Assembly (NCBI RefSeq): GCF_006345805.1
Contig: NC_043003.1
Coordinates: 54,374,001-54,438,000 of the forward strand
Reading direction: 5' to 3'
Source: Octopus sinensis
Taxonomy: Eukaryota
DNA: 64,000 bases
A program made the position numbers and the translations under genes. Position 1 is the first letter of the stretch; each line of letters opens with the position of its first letter. The notes below the pieces were generated by a model. The model searched no databases. It worked only from the letters and a program-made list of their open reading frames with translations, and was not told the origin of the DNA. This document shows positions 38,129-51,980 of this stretch, in pieces.

Positions 38129-40139
38129 GTATAGATTAGCATAAATCAAGAGACCGAAGTCCATACTTCATAATGGAAATTAAGCATAGTTAAATAAATG
38201 CTTATTCAAAGTTTAAAATAACAAGAAAAGTATTTACCTTTTTTCAACATAGTAAACTAAGTTCAAATCACGCTGTGGTTGACATTGCATCTCTTGGATT
38301 TGGAACAGATAAAACAATTACCTACAAATCCAACACAATAATGAATATACTTCTTGAGAAAAGCTCATCAACATGATTGAAACATAATATTTAGTATACA
38401 GGAAATATTTTACCTTTCTTTAGTGTATTGCTAGTTGTTCAGAGTAAGTATGCAAATTTCTTTGAATGGATAAGTATTCATGTTCATGATTATAGCTCTC
38501 TAGTGTCCAAAACTTTAAAGCATTAAATAAAAGAGAAAAAAATGAAAAATAAAATTTCTTTTGCGCTATTGATATCCAGGAAATAGCGATTTCCGCGAAA
38601 TCCGGAAACTGTAATAAGTATATATGATCTATTTACAATGATCTTTATTGCATCGTGATGTCAACAATCAGAATTAAGCGATGTGATTAATGAAGAATGG
38701 AAAAATCTGACACGGATTTCATGCATTACCGAAATGAAGAAATGAATGTTTCAAAACAGCTAAATCATAAATCATGAAACCTGTATGTAATGTAGTAAAG
38801 GTATGATACATGTTAAAACTAAATATATTCCTAATCCCGTTCTCAAACATAATAAAACTCCTTCGTATAAAATCCAACATTTTGTTAAGAAATTTTATTT
38901 TCTGAGGATGAAGCGTTATACAAGCTCTTATTAAAAAGCAAGCAAGCATGCAAAAAAATATTTTGGTACAATCGGTTTATGTAATGTTAGTATATTATTT
39001 GTTTTGTTGTTTTTTTCAATAATAATAATATTATCTTAAGATTAAGTTAGCATTTTTAACTATTTTCAAGCACGCACTTATTCTTTCAGTAATTCCGGTA
39101 AAAGAAGTTAGACTGCTACAATCCTTCTTATTACTGAATTAGAGTCAATATATAAACCCCAGCCTTTAACTTTTCCGTGACTAAAGTACTTTCTACCGTC
39201 CAAAAACTTATCATGTGAATTTGCGTCTTATAATACTGAGTATGGAAGGGCTCGGGCTGCTATATCCTACCTGGTATAGAGCAAGAGCTCTCACAATACA
39301 CGTGGATAATATAATCCTCAACACACTATTCCAGAAATAAAATGATGGGATGATTCCGATTTTATATCCTCTGGTCATTGGCTAGTTTAATCAAGACTGA
39401 TATGGGGCTCAGTAGGAATGAGTGGAGATCTGTGACCACTCGAACCTAGACGAAAGCTTTTCTCAGTACATATTATACATTCGCTCAAGTAGTTTGAACA
39501 CGTCAATAAATCAATAAAACCAAATGATAAAAATACACATATATTAAAACACAACAGGAATATAAAACGTTTTCAGAAGGAAGCCAAGGGCGAAATTTCT
39601 ATCTAGCAGTTGAAGCTGCTCCGAAGAACTGTTAAATACTCATTCCATCAGTTCGTACCATTATATATATTTTTTTATTTTAAAGAATATATACATTTAA
39701 CAATGTATTCGAATATATACCATGTCTTCCAGAACTGGGGTGCGGAAATTCCAAGAAGGATATACAATGAAATTGATTCATTATCTTTTGTTACTAAATT
39801 CAAACATAAATGAAATCCTTTTATGTAATTAACAGCTCTATTCACTCAAAGAAAAGACGAGCATCACAACTCGTTACAGAAAATAACTTCAATTTCATAT
39901 TGATTTTTGTCCAGTAAACATGCCCTAGATGTAGTTAATTTTTCTTCTTCTTCTTCTTCTTCTTCTTCTTCTTCTTCTTCTTCTTCTTCTTCTCCTCCGC
40001 CTCCCCCTCCCCCTCCTCCTCGTCCTCCTTCCTCGATGAAAACTCCCAGCTTATTTTGCTGGGTATGACGGAAAGTGTCAGCTATCCACAGCCAGCAGAC
40101 TAAGGTGGCATATGTTTACTGGTCGTGCCTCAATGACCC

Positions 40140-40190
<51 letters not shown>

Positions 40191-40191
<1 letters not shown>

Positions 40192-41140
40192 TTTTTTTTT
40201 CTTCTTTCAAATTTACTTCCATTTCTTGCCGAGTGTCTTCCCGACTCCTAGGGCAAAGAAACTCATAGTATACATTGGTAGGCCATTAAACCAAACTCAA
40301 TAGTTCGTTCATTTTTTAATTTTTTTTTTAAGTTAAATTAAAATACATGAGCAGCAACAGTTCTCACATCGACAATGCTCTTCTCAATACGTGTGATGTA
40401 CCAGTTAAGACAATCTTTTGCACTTCTTGCAGGGATGGTAAGCCAGGGATCATTCTCATATAATTTTCGGTTCCCTTCTTGATCATTCCTAGTGCTCCTA
40501 CGATCACTGGTATTGTAACCGCCTTGAGATGCCACATGTTCTCAATTTCAATGAGTAGGTCTTTATATTTTCTGAGCTTGTCAAACTCTTTCGCTGAGAT
40601 ATTATGATCACAGGGGATGCTCATGTCGATCAATAAGCAAACTTTATTGTTTTGGTCTTTCACAACAATATCTGGTTTATTGGTCTTGATGGTTCGGTCT
40701 GTATATACTGGAAAGTCCCACAGAATGGTTACATTTTCTCCTTCAGTTACAGCCTCAGGGTAGTGATTATACCACTTGTCGGCAGTTTTGATATTGTAAT
40801 GCCGACTTATTAGCCAGTGGAGATATTGGCCAACTCTGTCATGTCTTAATTTATACTCCACTGGTGCTAAGACTTTACATCCAGAGATTAGGTGGTCCAC
40901 TGTTTCAATCATGTCGTTGCAGAATCGGCATTTTGGGTCTGCTCCATTTTTCATCACATTGGCCTGGTAGTTCCGGGTTAATAGGCTTTGATCTTGAGCA
41001 GCCAGGATGAAACCTTCGCTCTCTGCTTTTAGCCCTGAGCTCCGTAGCCACTGATGGGTTTGCTTCTGGTCAACATCAGCTTGTTTGCTGCGGATCACAT
41101 ATTTGCCGTGCAGAGGTTTCTCCTCCCACCTATCAGCCAA
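40191..41140 (-). mobile_element. Dong/R4-clade retrotransposon 3' end (CCHC finger + restriction-like endonuclease) inserted in (TAA)n
   Basis: Uninterrupted frame 41140-40364 with CRFC...ETVDHLISGC, RHD, KPDIV, LLIDMSIP, K.RKY and VIVGALG. Short 3' UTR and A-tail. TTA arrays at 40140-40190 and 41141-41205. Confidence 0.93.
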
Positions 41141-41161
41141 TTATTATTATTATTATTATTA

Positions 41162-41206
<45 letters not shown>

Positions 41207-41219
41207 AGTGAAAGAAGGG

Positions 41220-41640
41220 TAAAATATACCAAGCCCAGTATACCCATCATGACTACCCGTCTGATAAGGGTGCACCAGTCACATGCATTACAACCATATG
41301 TGCGCGACATGGTGATCTCATATAAAGATAAACAGCGCTCGACCTTGAAGGTGGAACCCTAGAATTGTCTTCAGGTCGAGTAGCCCATCCCGCTCAAAAG
41401 ATCCCTGAATTAGGGTTGTTTATGGATGTTGAACGAAACACCCATATTTCCAAAGGCGAATTATTGAAACCCCAAACAATTCCTTTCAATACATGGCTAT
41501 GATGCTCCCCCATTACTTCGAACATATCGTCAGGCTCAAAAGGACATGATCAACTGGTTAAGGTCAAACAACTGACAGACAAATCTGTGGTATTGAGCTG
41601 TATTGAGCGGTATTTGCTGTAGCCCAGCTTTTACAGGGTC
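41220..41640. mobile_element. Probable interspersed repeat, class unassigned
   Basis: Higher-complexity, GC-richer block starting right after a microsatellite; no diagnostic motif seen. Confidence 0.3.
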
Positions 41641-42675
41641 TCCCTAACAGATAAAAGGGTAGGTGGCAATTGCATTTTCCTCAGAAACTGACTCGAAAGC
41701 TTGCAAGGGAATATACACTGCAAACGGTACCAAAATTCATGTGATGGTGATTCGCTCGATCAAAGATCTGACTTTACCCTCTGAAAACATGAACGCCCGT
41801 TCTTCTGCATGTTTCACACAGTACTTATCTATCCAAATTTAACTAATTGTTTGACCACCCATCGAGACAATGATACACAATGAGCTACGCAGTGGAAACG
41901 AGCATGAAACCGTGTGGTGGCGAAGCAAACTTATTGACCAAGTAGCTATATCTATGTATATTCTAGTTCTGTAGTAATTGAACCTGTACAACTTTAGTCC
42001 AATCAAATATTTGCACTCGCATTCCTCGCTCACACTCATCCTGACATACAGCTCTCAAATTCATCCCTACCACTCATCCCTAATGAATCAATAAACCGGA
42101 TGTTATTGATCTCTGATATTTCATGATTGAATCACAAAATATTCCTGGTAGAGTAAATCCACTGGCTCTGCATAACTATTAAATCTTCCAATAAAACTTT
42201 CTTTTGATCTTTTCACCAAATACAAAAATCTCCATATTTAAACTATTTGAAGCTTTTCCTGAGAAACATGAATGATTTCTTCGGGCAGCACAAATGCGAA
42301 ATCCAAACCGCACTGCACACACTCATGATCTATGGTACCTACAGCCCAATCGCTTCCAATATTGATTGAACCAACGAGGCAACCTCTGCGTGATCAGTCG
42401 ATTTGCTAGAAATAATAGACACCTAACCTTCAATTCGCATTACCATAAAAACAGCTGGACGCAGTAGAGAATGCAGTCTTATAGAAAAATAGGATGGACT
42501 CGCTTAAAATGACTTTGAGCAGAATTCCGTAGGATTAGTGGGGATTTAGGGTTAAAGAATAATGCAATTAATCTAATATAGCTTTCTTATAACAAATTCA
42601 TTTTTTTATTTCGAAAATTCACTATCATGTTGTTTTGATGTGTGTATATACGTATGTAGGTATATATGTATGTAT

Positions 42676-43010
42676 GAGGCGACTAGTTGGCAGAGACATT
42701 GAAACAATGGATAGATTTCTTTCGATATTCGTTCCGGTTCTCTACACTTCTAGTTCAATTCACAAAGAGATCAAATTTCATCCTTTCGTGGTTGATATAT
42801 AAAATACCGACGGCGGCGAGCTGGCAGAAGCGTTAGGACGCTGAGCGAAATGTGTAGCAGTATTTCGTCTGTCTTTACGTTCTGAGTTCAAATTCCGGCG
42901 AGGTCTACTTTGCCTTTCATCCTTGCGGGGTCGATAAATTAAGTATCAGTGACGTACTGGGGTCGAGCTAATGGAGGGGCTCCCTCTCCCAAAATTTCGG
43001 GCTTTAAAAG
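42676..43010 (+). mobile_element. SINE family B: diverged copy (42676-42808) followed by a younger copy (42812-43010)
   Basis: GGCGACTAGTTGGCAGA...TTTCATCCTTTCGTGG, then GGCGGCGAGCTGGCAGAAGCGTTAG...TTTCATCCTTGCGGGGTCGATAAATT. Confidence 0.8.
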
Positions 43011-43154
43011 GATATTTAAAATACCTGTTCTGTACTGAGGTCAGTTCTCTTTCGCTAGTTTTTTCTTTCTTTGATTACATTTTAATGCATGAGGGACTAT
43101 ATTTAGAAATACAATACATGCTACATCCGAAAATTTATGATATTTATGTACACA

Positions 43155-43205
<51 letters not shown>

Positions 43206-43623
43206 AACACATACGCGCATATACATACATACACGCACACGCGTATATATTTATATAAATGTATGTACGTATATGGCTAACTTCCGACGTCGGAAGCACT
43301 AGGCTTGGAGGAAGTCATTGGATTTTAAGTTACCTCTCTGAACTCTACTCTGGGATATCAATACTACTCTTACTTTGTGTTATCCCACAAAATCTATGTT
43401 TTTGTGGGTGAATGTGTGTGGTGTGTGTGATTTGTAGTATGTTTCTGTGTGTCTGTGAGTGTTGGTACGCGTGCAAAATAGAAAGTGACATGAGTTTACT
43501 TTTTAAAAAGTGGAGAATATATATACACACACAGGCTCTCGATAAACGCGTTGTCAGGAACCCAGTATAATTTGCGGCAGAACGTAGAATTGTTTTTGAC
43601 TGAGAATGAATTGAGAAGGCAGA

Positions 43624-43780
43624 CAGCGGTTCGGGAAAAGAGACCGATAGAATAAGTACTAGGCTCACAAAGAATAAGTCCTGGGGTCGATTTGTTCGAC
43701 TAAAGGCGGTGCTCCAGCATGGCTGCAGTCAAATGACTGAAACAAGTAAAAGAGTAAAAGAGTAAAAGAGTAAAAAAGAG
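43624..43780 (+). mobile_element. SINE family A, 3' end with (GAGTAAAA)n tail
   Basis: AGCGGTTCGG.AAAAGAGACCGATAGAATAAGTAC...GAAACAAGTAAAAGAGTAAAAGAGTAAAAGAG. Confidence 0.85.
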
Positions 43781-44174
43781 AGAGATTCGACCCTTTTCCA
43801 AATGAAGGTGTTGAAGTACATGAGTTTGATAATCCGAAGTTCCACACTCAGTTATACTATTGTCAATGTCTACACAGGTTCAGAATCTCCTTCCTGGTAT
43901 AGACCAAAGGCTCGAAATTGACATCCAATCATACGTTGTTGCATGGGGTGTTCAGGGATCTCCTGCACCTGGTAATCTCCGAAAACCACAAGGCTATAGT
44001 GGGTAATTGTGGTATTACATGTGTGTGAGCTTCAAACATAGACGAGCCTACTACCCAGTCAGGATAAAATGATAGTTCAGGAGGTTAGCTGTATGTAGTA
44101 TTAGACAGGCAATAACTGCTTTGGATATTAGTTTCTGAAATTGCTCGTACTCACACACATAGAACAAGTGGGAT

Positions 44175-44215
44175 TAGCTGCACCAATCAAACTACCAGTT
44201 TGATTGGTGCAGCTA
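44175..44215. repeat. Perfect inverted repeat, 19-bp arms, 3-nt loop
   Basis: TAGCTGCACCAATCAAACT-ACC-AGTTTGATTGGTGCAGCTA. Confidence 0.95.
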
Positions 44216-46029
44216 CTCTATGGGGAATAATTCAATACTAGCCGAAGAACTAACGGTAGTCAAAGGGAAAGAAGAAGCAGGCAAAACTGTCTCATTCTCA
44301 CAGCCACCAGCTTCTCAAAGAAGGTACATAATCGAGGAAACGAAAATCTCTTCTGTCGCAGAGACTGTAGTTGCTCTGAACAGTAGTTTCAATATATTGT
44401 CCTTGAAGATAAGATAGAAGTTAGAACTTCGAGAAAGGTTTTTTTAAAAAATACGAGCACATATTGAAAGCTATTATGAAGTTGAAATTCCCTCAAGACA
44501 ATGAGTTTATTGTAGGAGAGTCTGAAATTTTCGGTCCGAACATCTGATGACCACATGATAGAAATTGTATGTAAAGAAACATACTCTAACACACACACAC
44601 ACATACACACACACACACGCCACACGTAAAATCCCTTGCATACACACACACGCACACAAACATATACACACACATGCACACACAGACACAAGTGTGACGT
44701 GATTACTGACGGTGAATATGTTTATCATTTTTATATGTATCGAAAATTATAATGAAGTATAGTTGCAATTGTTTCTGAAATGAGCATTGATTAGCAAACC
44801 TACCAGTTCTAACATTGATCACTACACGGAAAGAAACTACTTAAAGTTCAACGAGTTGTTGACAAGCGATTGGATGCAAATGTAATCGTATGATATATTT
44901 GATGTATGCTCTGAAATAGCAGGTTCTTTGTTGTGTAGGTTCTAAAAACTGGGCACCCATTGTGCAAATGATAAAGAGAAATTTTTCGACCTTATGTTCT
45001 CTTTGAAGTTTAGACGATGCAGATTTTAAAGATTATTCACGAGAGACTTAAGGGGAAAATTTCCTTTTGTTGGAGATAATATTCTGCGTTTCTAAAAATG
45101 CAGAATGATATCTCCAACATAATCGGTGGCCTTTCTGCAGCAACATCCTTTGTTACTACAAAATTCGAACAGCATGTGCAGTTCTCTACTGTAATGTGTT
45201 TCAATATCTGCCTCCTATGAATAATTAATTTTTACAGCTTACATTGTCTTTATCTGATTCTTGTTCCCCTTAAATTTCTGGATGAATTCTTCGTTATGTA
45301 CATATTTACGTATCTGTATATAATAGAAACAACTGCAAAAAGATTAGAGTTATTCTACTTGGTTTCGCAAAATACACAACGGTATTTATTATAAGAATGA
45401 TATACCTATTCATATGTTTGCATGTTTTGCAACACCATTTACAGAGAATATTTTTTCATTATTTGCCCGTTATATGCCCACAAAAGCATTCATTTTCATT
45501 ATCTACTACATTTATTCCGACGTAAATTCAAGTGTTTCGCTTTTAACAACTTTTAGCTATGGTATGAATTCGATGACATAACATCAAGCTTTAACATAAT
45601 AGAAAAACAAAACAAAAAGACAAGTGAACTTTAGCTTTAAACTACTTAACTAAAATCTGAAATCTAAAAGATCGTGGAAAATTGTTACATCAAGAAACAA
45701 ATTAAAACTTTGCATTTCAAAAATTCCCAACTTAATTCTGCAATACTTACTATCAAAGTATAACAAGATTTTAGAAAGATCAATAAATGTGTGTGTGAGT
45801 GAGTGTATATATATATATATCAAAATAGAAATGAAAACATTTATCAATCTTGGAACATTCACAGGTCCCGCTAGTTATTTTTGCTTTGTAATATATCCAA
45901 TAATTTGCGCGAATACGTCTACCTTGTGGCATTAATAAAGAAATGATTATTACTCTTATCACGGCTTTTGTTGTTTCTGTTGCTTTCCTTGAATTTATAC
46001 TTAATACGTCTACAACTGCCGTTGCTGTT

Positions 46030-46038
46030 GCACTACTG

Positions 46039-46072
<34 letters not shown>

Positions 46073-46455
46073 CACCACCACCACCACCACCATTACTACT
46101 ACTACTACTACTACTACTGCTGCTGCTACTACTACTACTACTACTACTACTGCTGCTGCTACTACTACTACTACTACTACTACTACTGCTGCTGCTACTA
46201 CTACTACTACTACTACTACTACTAATAATAATAATAATTATTATTATTATTATTATTGTCATTATTATTACTAATAAATATTAAAAGATAGTCTTACTAT
46301 TTATATTAATAGTTATTAATATAATGTATATTATGAATTATTATTTTGGTTATTCATTATCATTTCAGTGAAATCAGCTCCTACAACTACTAACAAAAAC
46401 AAGTCCACTAATGTTTCTATTTCGTCTACCACTATTACTACAGCAACTGCAACTA

Positions 46456-46517
<62 letters not shown>

Positions 46518-46535
46518 GTTATTATTATTATTATC
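46030..46535. repeat. Compound trinucleotide arrays (CTA/CCA/CTG/ATA/TTA)
   Basis: Successive triplet runs at 46030-46275 and 46456-46535. Confidence 0.9.
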
Positions 46536-47154
46536 TATTCCTAATTTCGGCATCAAGTCTAAGCTATTTATTGTTACCTGTCTAGCTAATCTACAGCAGA
46601 CGGTCATTATTAGTGCCAGGTATTGGCGCTAGAATGTTTATCACGTGCTTGAATTACAAGAGCTAAATTTATCGTCAATATCCATTACTGGGAAGCAAAT
46701 TATTGTTGTATGGGTATGTATGAGTGTTTGCGTGTAGTTTGTGTGTGTGTGTGTGTGCGTGTGTAAGTATGAGAGTGTGCATACGTAGTTGATTGCGGGT
46801 ATAAGAGTATAAGTGTATGTGTGAATGCATGTGATCATACATAATCATACACATTGGTGCATAACAATGAAAACCACATGTGTGTGTGTATATATATATG
46901 CGTGAGAGAGAGAGAGTGTGTTTTAGTCTATGTTCGTCTGCGTGTGTGCATGTGTGTGTACGTATGTATATATGTAATATAATTATATATATATATATTA
47001 TATATATATATATATGTGTGTGTATGTATATATATATATCCATGAATGTTACCAGGTTAGTGGAAGTCACACATACACGCAAACGAATACGCGCACACAC
47101 ATACACGCAAACACACGTATCTACAGATATATATATATATAGATATATATATAT

Positions 47155-47255
47155 TATATAGAAGGAGCTTCTACAGGACTAGAATGTTTCATTCAGAGAA
47201 TCTCAAGATTTCTCTTGAATGAACAGTCTAGTCCTGTAGAAGCTCCTTCTATATA
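47155..47255. repeat. ~100-bp near-perfect palindrome
   Basis: GAAGGAGCTTCTACAGGACTAGA (47161-47183) pairs with 47227-47249, and the inner arms pair with small indels. Confidence 0.9.
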
Positions 47256-47360
47256 ATAAATTAATTTTACTCTGCTATGTATTGAGTACCTTATTTACTG
47301 TGGTTAACCCCGAATCAACCCGGGACCTACATATATATATATATATATATAGTATATATA

Positions 47361-47433
<73 letters not shown>

Positions 47434-47444
47434 ATATATAAATT

Positions 47445-47475
<31 letters not shown>

Positions 47476-48049
47476 CGCGTGTATGTTTGTATGTGAGTTT
47501 CTGCATATGTATGAATATTATCTTCTATTTGTAATTATTTGATTTCTTACAAGGAAGTAGTTTGTTTCTAACCAATCTATAAAACTTCGTCTTTGAAATG
47601 AAACTGACGAAAACTAAGTCACATGTTCAACTTTCGAAAACCTTGCATATATTTACTCTTAAGGTTAATGGTTGAATTTACTAAGTTCGTGCGGCGTGAA
47701 TGATTTATTTTTCTGGAAACTCTAGTTCATTCAGATCTTCACTTAAGTAATTACTACCAAAACCAAGCGCATCAATTATTATTGGTATAAATGTGAAATT
47801 ATCATCTGGATATAAATTCTAGAGGTTTCCATACATTTGCTTGTAAATATATTTTTTCAAAGAGGTATTTCATCACATCAGCAGGGTACTTGACTTTTAC
47901 GTGATACATACCTTTTTCCTGCCTCAGACAACTATATCTGTCCTATTATGTTAGCCGTTTTCAACACACCACTTTGAACCGGAAACTATACCTAAACTTC
48001 GAAGATGAAACTACGAACTGTCGACTACGTCAGATCGCTACTATTCATA

Positions 48050-50258
48050 TGTAGTCTTCCCGTCTATTCTCGTCAGAGGGTGTCGTACACTCGCCACAGC
48101 ATTTCTCCTTTTGAGATTTCGAGTTCTGAATTTTATTTATTTTTATTTCTTTTTTAGTATCGTTTTCGTTTGGGCCTTATCTCAAGGTGTTCGGTCTGCT
48201 TCCGTTTTCTCATGCTGGTTCTACGAGACTGCATTACTTTCGGTGCTGGAATATCGAATACATCAATAAATACTTCTATAGGAATTTCTCTCCGTTCTTC
48301 GGTATGTCTCTTCTTTAGCTGGTTTAAATGTCTCTTATGTTTCCAGCCTGGTCCTTTAATTAGATGCATTTTACTTTCTAGTTTTTTGGTTACAAGGCCA
48401 TCTTCTCAGCCTTCTTTACAATTTCTGTAGGTTTTAAAATGCACTTTATCTTCTACTTCCAAATATTTCGTTGCAGCTTTCGTATTTCCTTTACATCTTT
48501 CTTTTCTTTGGCAATAACTTATCAAAAATCGATTTTATTCGTTTCGCGAACATCAACGCTGCGGGTATATTGCATCAGCATACCCGTGGCAATTTTGTAC
48601 AGCTGTCTACTACGATTAGATAGTAAGCGCAGTTCACTGGTCCGGTATAGTTGATATCCAACCTATAACATGGGTTCTCAGTTTCCGGCTACGATTGATA
48701 TTTTACCGGTTGAGCTTTGGCCGCGAGCGCAGCAACCTTGACAAGTTCTCACCAAATTTTCGATATCCTAGTCTATAGTGGGCCAATAGACGTAGCTCCT
48801 CACCAGAGCTTTCATCCTCGACATTCTCCAGTATCCGCTTGGAATTGCGGGATATACATTTTTGTAATGTAGTCAGATTATCGTCGCATTTTGAGATTAT
48901 TGTCGCATATCAGATTATCGTCGCATTTTGAGAAACTGCTCGAATTTGTATTTTTTTTCTGCTTAATTTTCTAAAGATTTTTTTTCATATTTGTAATATA
49001 CTCATCGCCTAGAGATTCCATTCTTATATCCTGCGCAGTCACTAGCAGTTCATGGATAGCATTATTCACAATTCTTTCTATTTCACTTTCTGCTTGCAGT
49101 GCAGCTATCACGGTAGTTTCTAGTGGTTCCGTATTTTGGGAAATTAGTCTCGGTAGACAGTTCACATCACCAATTTTTTCGATCAAATACACTGCATTTT
49201 GAAATTGTAAATTAGTAATATTATACTCTAGCGTTACAGACGTTTCCCTTTATGTGAAGTTAACCTTTTCTTTGACCCATAAAGTGATAGCAATGTTCGA
49301 TGATCTGTTTGTAACAGAAAACTTCTACCATGTAAAAACTTGTGAAATCTTTTTCACAGCAAAGATAATCGATAGGGCTTTGTCTATTTGAGTATATTTT
49401 TTCTCAGTCGCTATCAAAGAGCGCGAAATATGAATCACTGGTTTCGTACTTCGATCCTTATAATTGTGCAGCATAACTCCTTCTGACGCTACCATAATGA
49501 CCATTTCTAGATCGAAACGCGCTAGAGACAAATCTGCGATTAGATTTTTTTCAGTTCTTCAAACTCGTTTTGGCATTTAACCGACCAAGTCCACTTGGTT
49601 CTTTCTTTAATAAGTCATTCAATGGAACACTTAATTTGTGCATGTTAATAATGTAGTTTGGTAATAGTATGCCAGCCCAAGAAACGCTTGTAATACTGGC
49701 ATATTTTTCAGAGCAGGCATATTATCTATTGCACCTGCCCTTGATTGGTCTGGGCGTCTACCATTTTTATCAGTTATTTGCCCTAAGTATTTAATTTGAG
49801 GTAAAAAGTATTCGCTTTTTTCTTCACTCAAAGTGAACCCGTACTCTTTAATTTTCATGAACACTGCTTTTACATGCTCCGCATTCTGTTCACGCAAATT
49901 ACACTTGATCAATATATCGTCCAAATAAGAGATTGCTAATTCACAATCGGATAACATAGCGTCCATTATTTGCTGAAATACTGCCGAAGCAACCTTTAAT
50001 CCGAAGTAACTGGGTATATCTCTACAATCCTCTATGTATTTATTGTCAGATACTTTGAACATTTGTCATTTACTTTAATCTGTAAGTAAGCATAGGACAG
50101 AACCAATTTTGAGAAACATTTTTCACCATCTAATTTTGCGAAAATACATACTGGCATCGGGAAGACCAAACTACAAACTGCCAATTTTGTCAGACCCTTA
50201 CTTTTTATATGCAGTGGACCCGCCTATTCCCGTCAGAGGGTGTCATACTCTCACCAAT
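48050..50258 (-). mobile_element. Ty3/Gypsy LTR retrotransposon remnant (RT-RNaseH-integrase), internally deleted
   Basis: FGLKVASAVFQQIMD...YLDDILI (RT), SRSL..TEKKYTQI.K.LSIIFAVKK (RNase H) and HLNQLKKR (integrase tail). An LTR-start segment is duplicated at 48051-48098 and 50211-50258. A purine-rich PPT-like tract precedes TG at 48098 on the minus strand. Confidence 0.88.
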
Positions 50259-50270
50259 AAATATACATAC

Positions 50271-50316
<46 letters not shown>

Positions 50317-50363
50317 CAAGTCAAAAAAATAAAAATGCTAAAATAATTTTATAGTGAACAATT

Positions 50364-50401
50364 CAGTACCGGTTTCGGTCATTTTGAGACCTTTTCAACT
50401 G
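50364..50401 (-). ncRNA. Minimal type I hammerhead motif with U3-A8 core variant
   Basis: Minus strand: CAG-TTGAAAA-GGTC-tcaaaat-GACC-GAAAC-CG-GTA-CTG; palindromic ACCGGT stem III. Confidence 0.65.
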
Positions 50402-51226
50402 TAACGATTAAATAATTAAATTTAGAAAATTAGAAGAAAAGTTTTTTTAAGGAATATTTCTATAGTAGTGTTCAGATATAAGTAGCATTCTGCCTTTCTG
50501 ACTCCCTTGTTTGCACTTGTGGTTTGGAGGTCGTTGTGAGTTCTTGGTAGGGTAGTAAGGAGGAGGCTGATGAGGAAGGGGGTGGAGAATCTGGGAGTGC
50601 CCTGATGGTCGTATTTGAATGTCAGTGGCGGCTGGCAGTCGCAAGTTCAATTCAGGAGAATATTCTATTGAAAGGCTTTTACATGCTCCGCATTCAATAT
50701 ATATACGTATGTATATATATTATATATATTCCATATATATACGTATGTATATATATATATATTATATATATATAGATATGTGTGTGTGTTTCTTTTATAT
50801 ATAGAAACATATATATATATATGTAAATAGGAACACACACATACTTATATATATATATGATATATAAGTATGTGTGTGTTCCTATATGCATATATATATG
50901 CGAGTGTGTGCTTCTGTGTTCGTACTGGTTTACGTGTGTTTGATCTTACGACAGAAAGTTCATACGAACATAGACGTTATATATTTTTCAATGTGGTGAG
51001 ATTGCGAAGGCGTTAGTACTCAAGCGTTCACGATTCCTCGCTGAGCAAACAATTGATCAGTGATGATTCGTAAAATTTTGAGTAACAACGTAGCAATGGA
51101 GAACAATAAAACTTGACACAATCACACACACACATGCACACACATACATCCCCACAACCATATACACAATATATACACATATATATATGTATGTATACAT
51201 ATGCATACACAAATAATATTATATAC

Positions 51227-51263
<37 letters not shown>

Positions 51264-51814
51264 TATATAGAGTGAAAACGGTGAGTGAAATGGGCGGAGT
51301 AGAAAGATTTACAGACATATATCTATACACACATACACACAGACACACACACACACACACACACACACACAACACACACACACACACACACACAACACAT
51401 ATATATATATATATGCATTAATAAGTGCTTATTAAATGAAGACGTATCTGAATGTTCATATATAAAATTATGTATATGCAACTATTTGTATTTAAACTTC
51501 TAATTCCTTATACATATACGAATGCAACACATAATATATATCTTAACGCTATTCAGTATGAGTATATTGTCAAACTCACATGTAGACAAACATATGTATA
51601 TATGTATGTGTGCATATATATATATATACATATATATACATATACGTGCTCGTTGTACTTGCATTCATTCGCACGCTCGCTTGTGTGTGTGTCTAAGAAT
51701 ACGTGCATCTGAACGCATATATATGTTCCGTCACTATGCTAATATATTTGCAAACGCATAAGTTTAGGAATTAAATCAATACCAGCAATGATACCGAGTA
51801 AATAATATTGATAT

Positions 51815-51882
51815 AAATAATAATGATAATCATCATCATCATCATCATAATAACAATAATAGTAATAATAATAATAATAATG

Positions 51883-51940
<58 letters not shown>

Positions 51941-51980
51941 GCAATGGTGATTCTGATGATATCAACAACAACAACAACAT
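51815..51980. repeat. (ATA/ATC/AAC)n arrays
   Basis: Triplet runs. Confidence 0.9.

Noticed and set aside
43800-44000. IVNVY-like LINE endonuclease motif
   Set aside because: A single short motif without corroborating neighbours.
45780-46632. Poly-Ser/Leu/Tyr/Asn ORFs
   Set aside because: Trinucleotide repeat artefacts.
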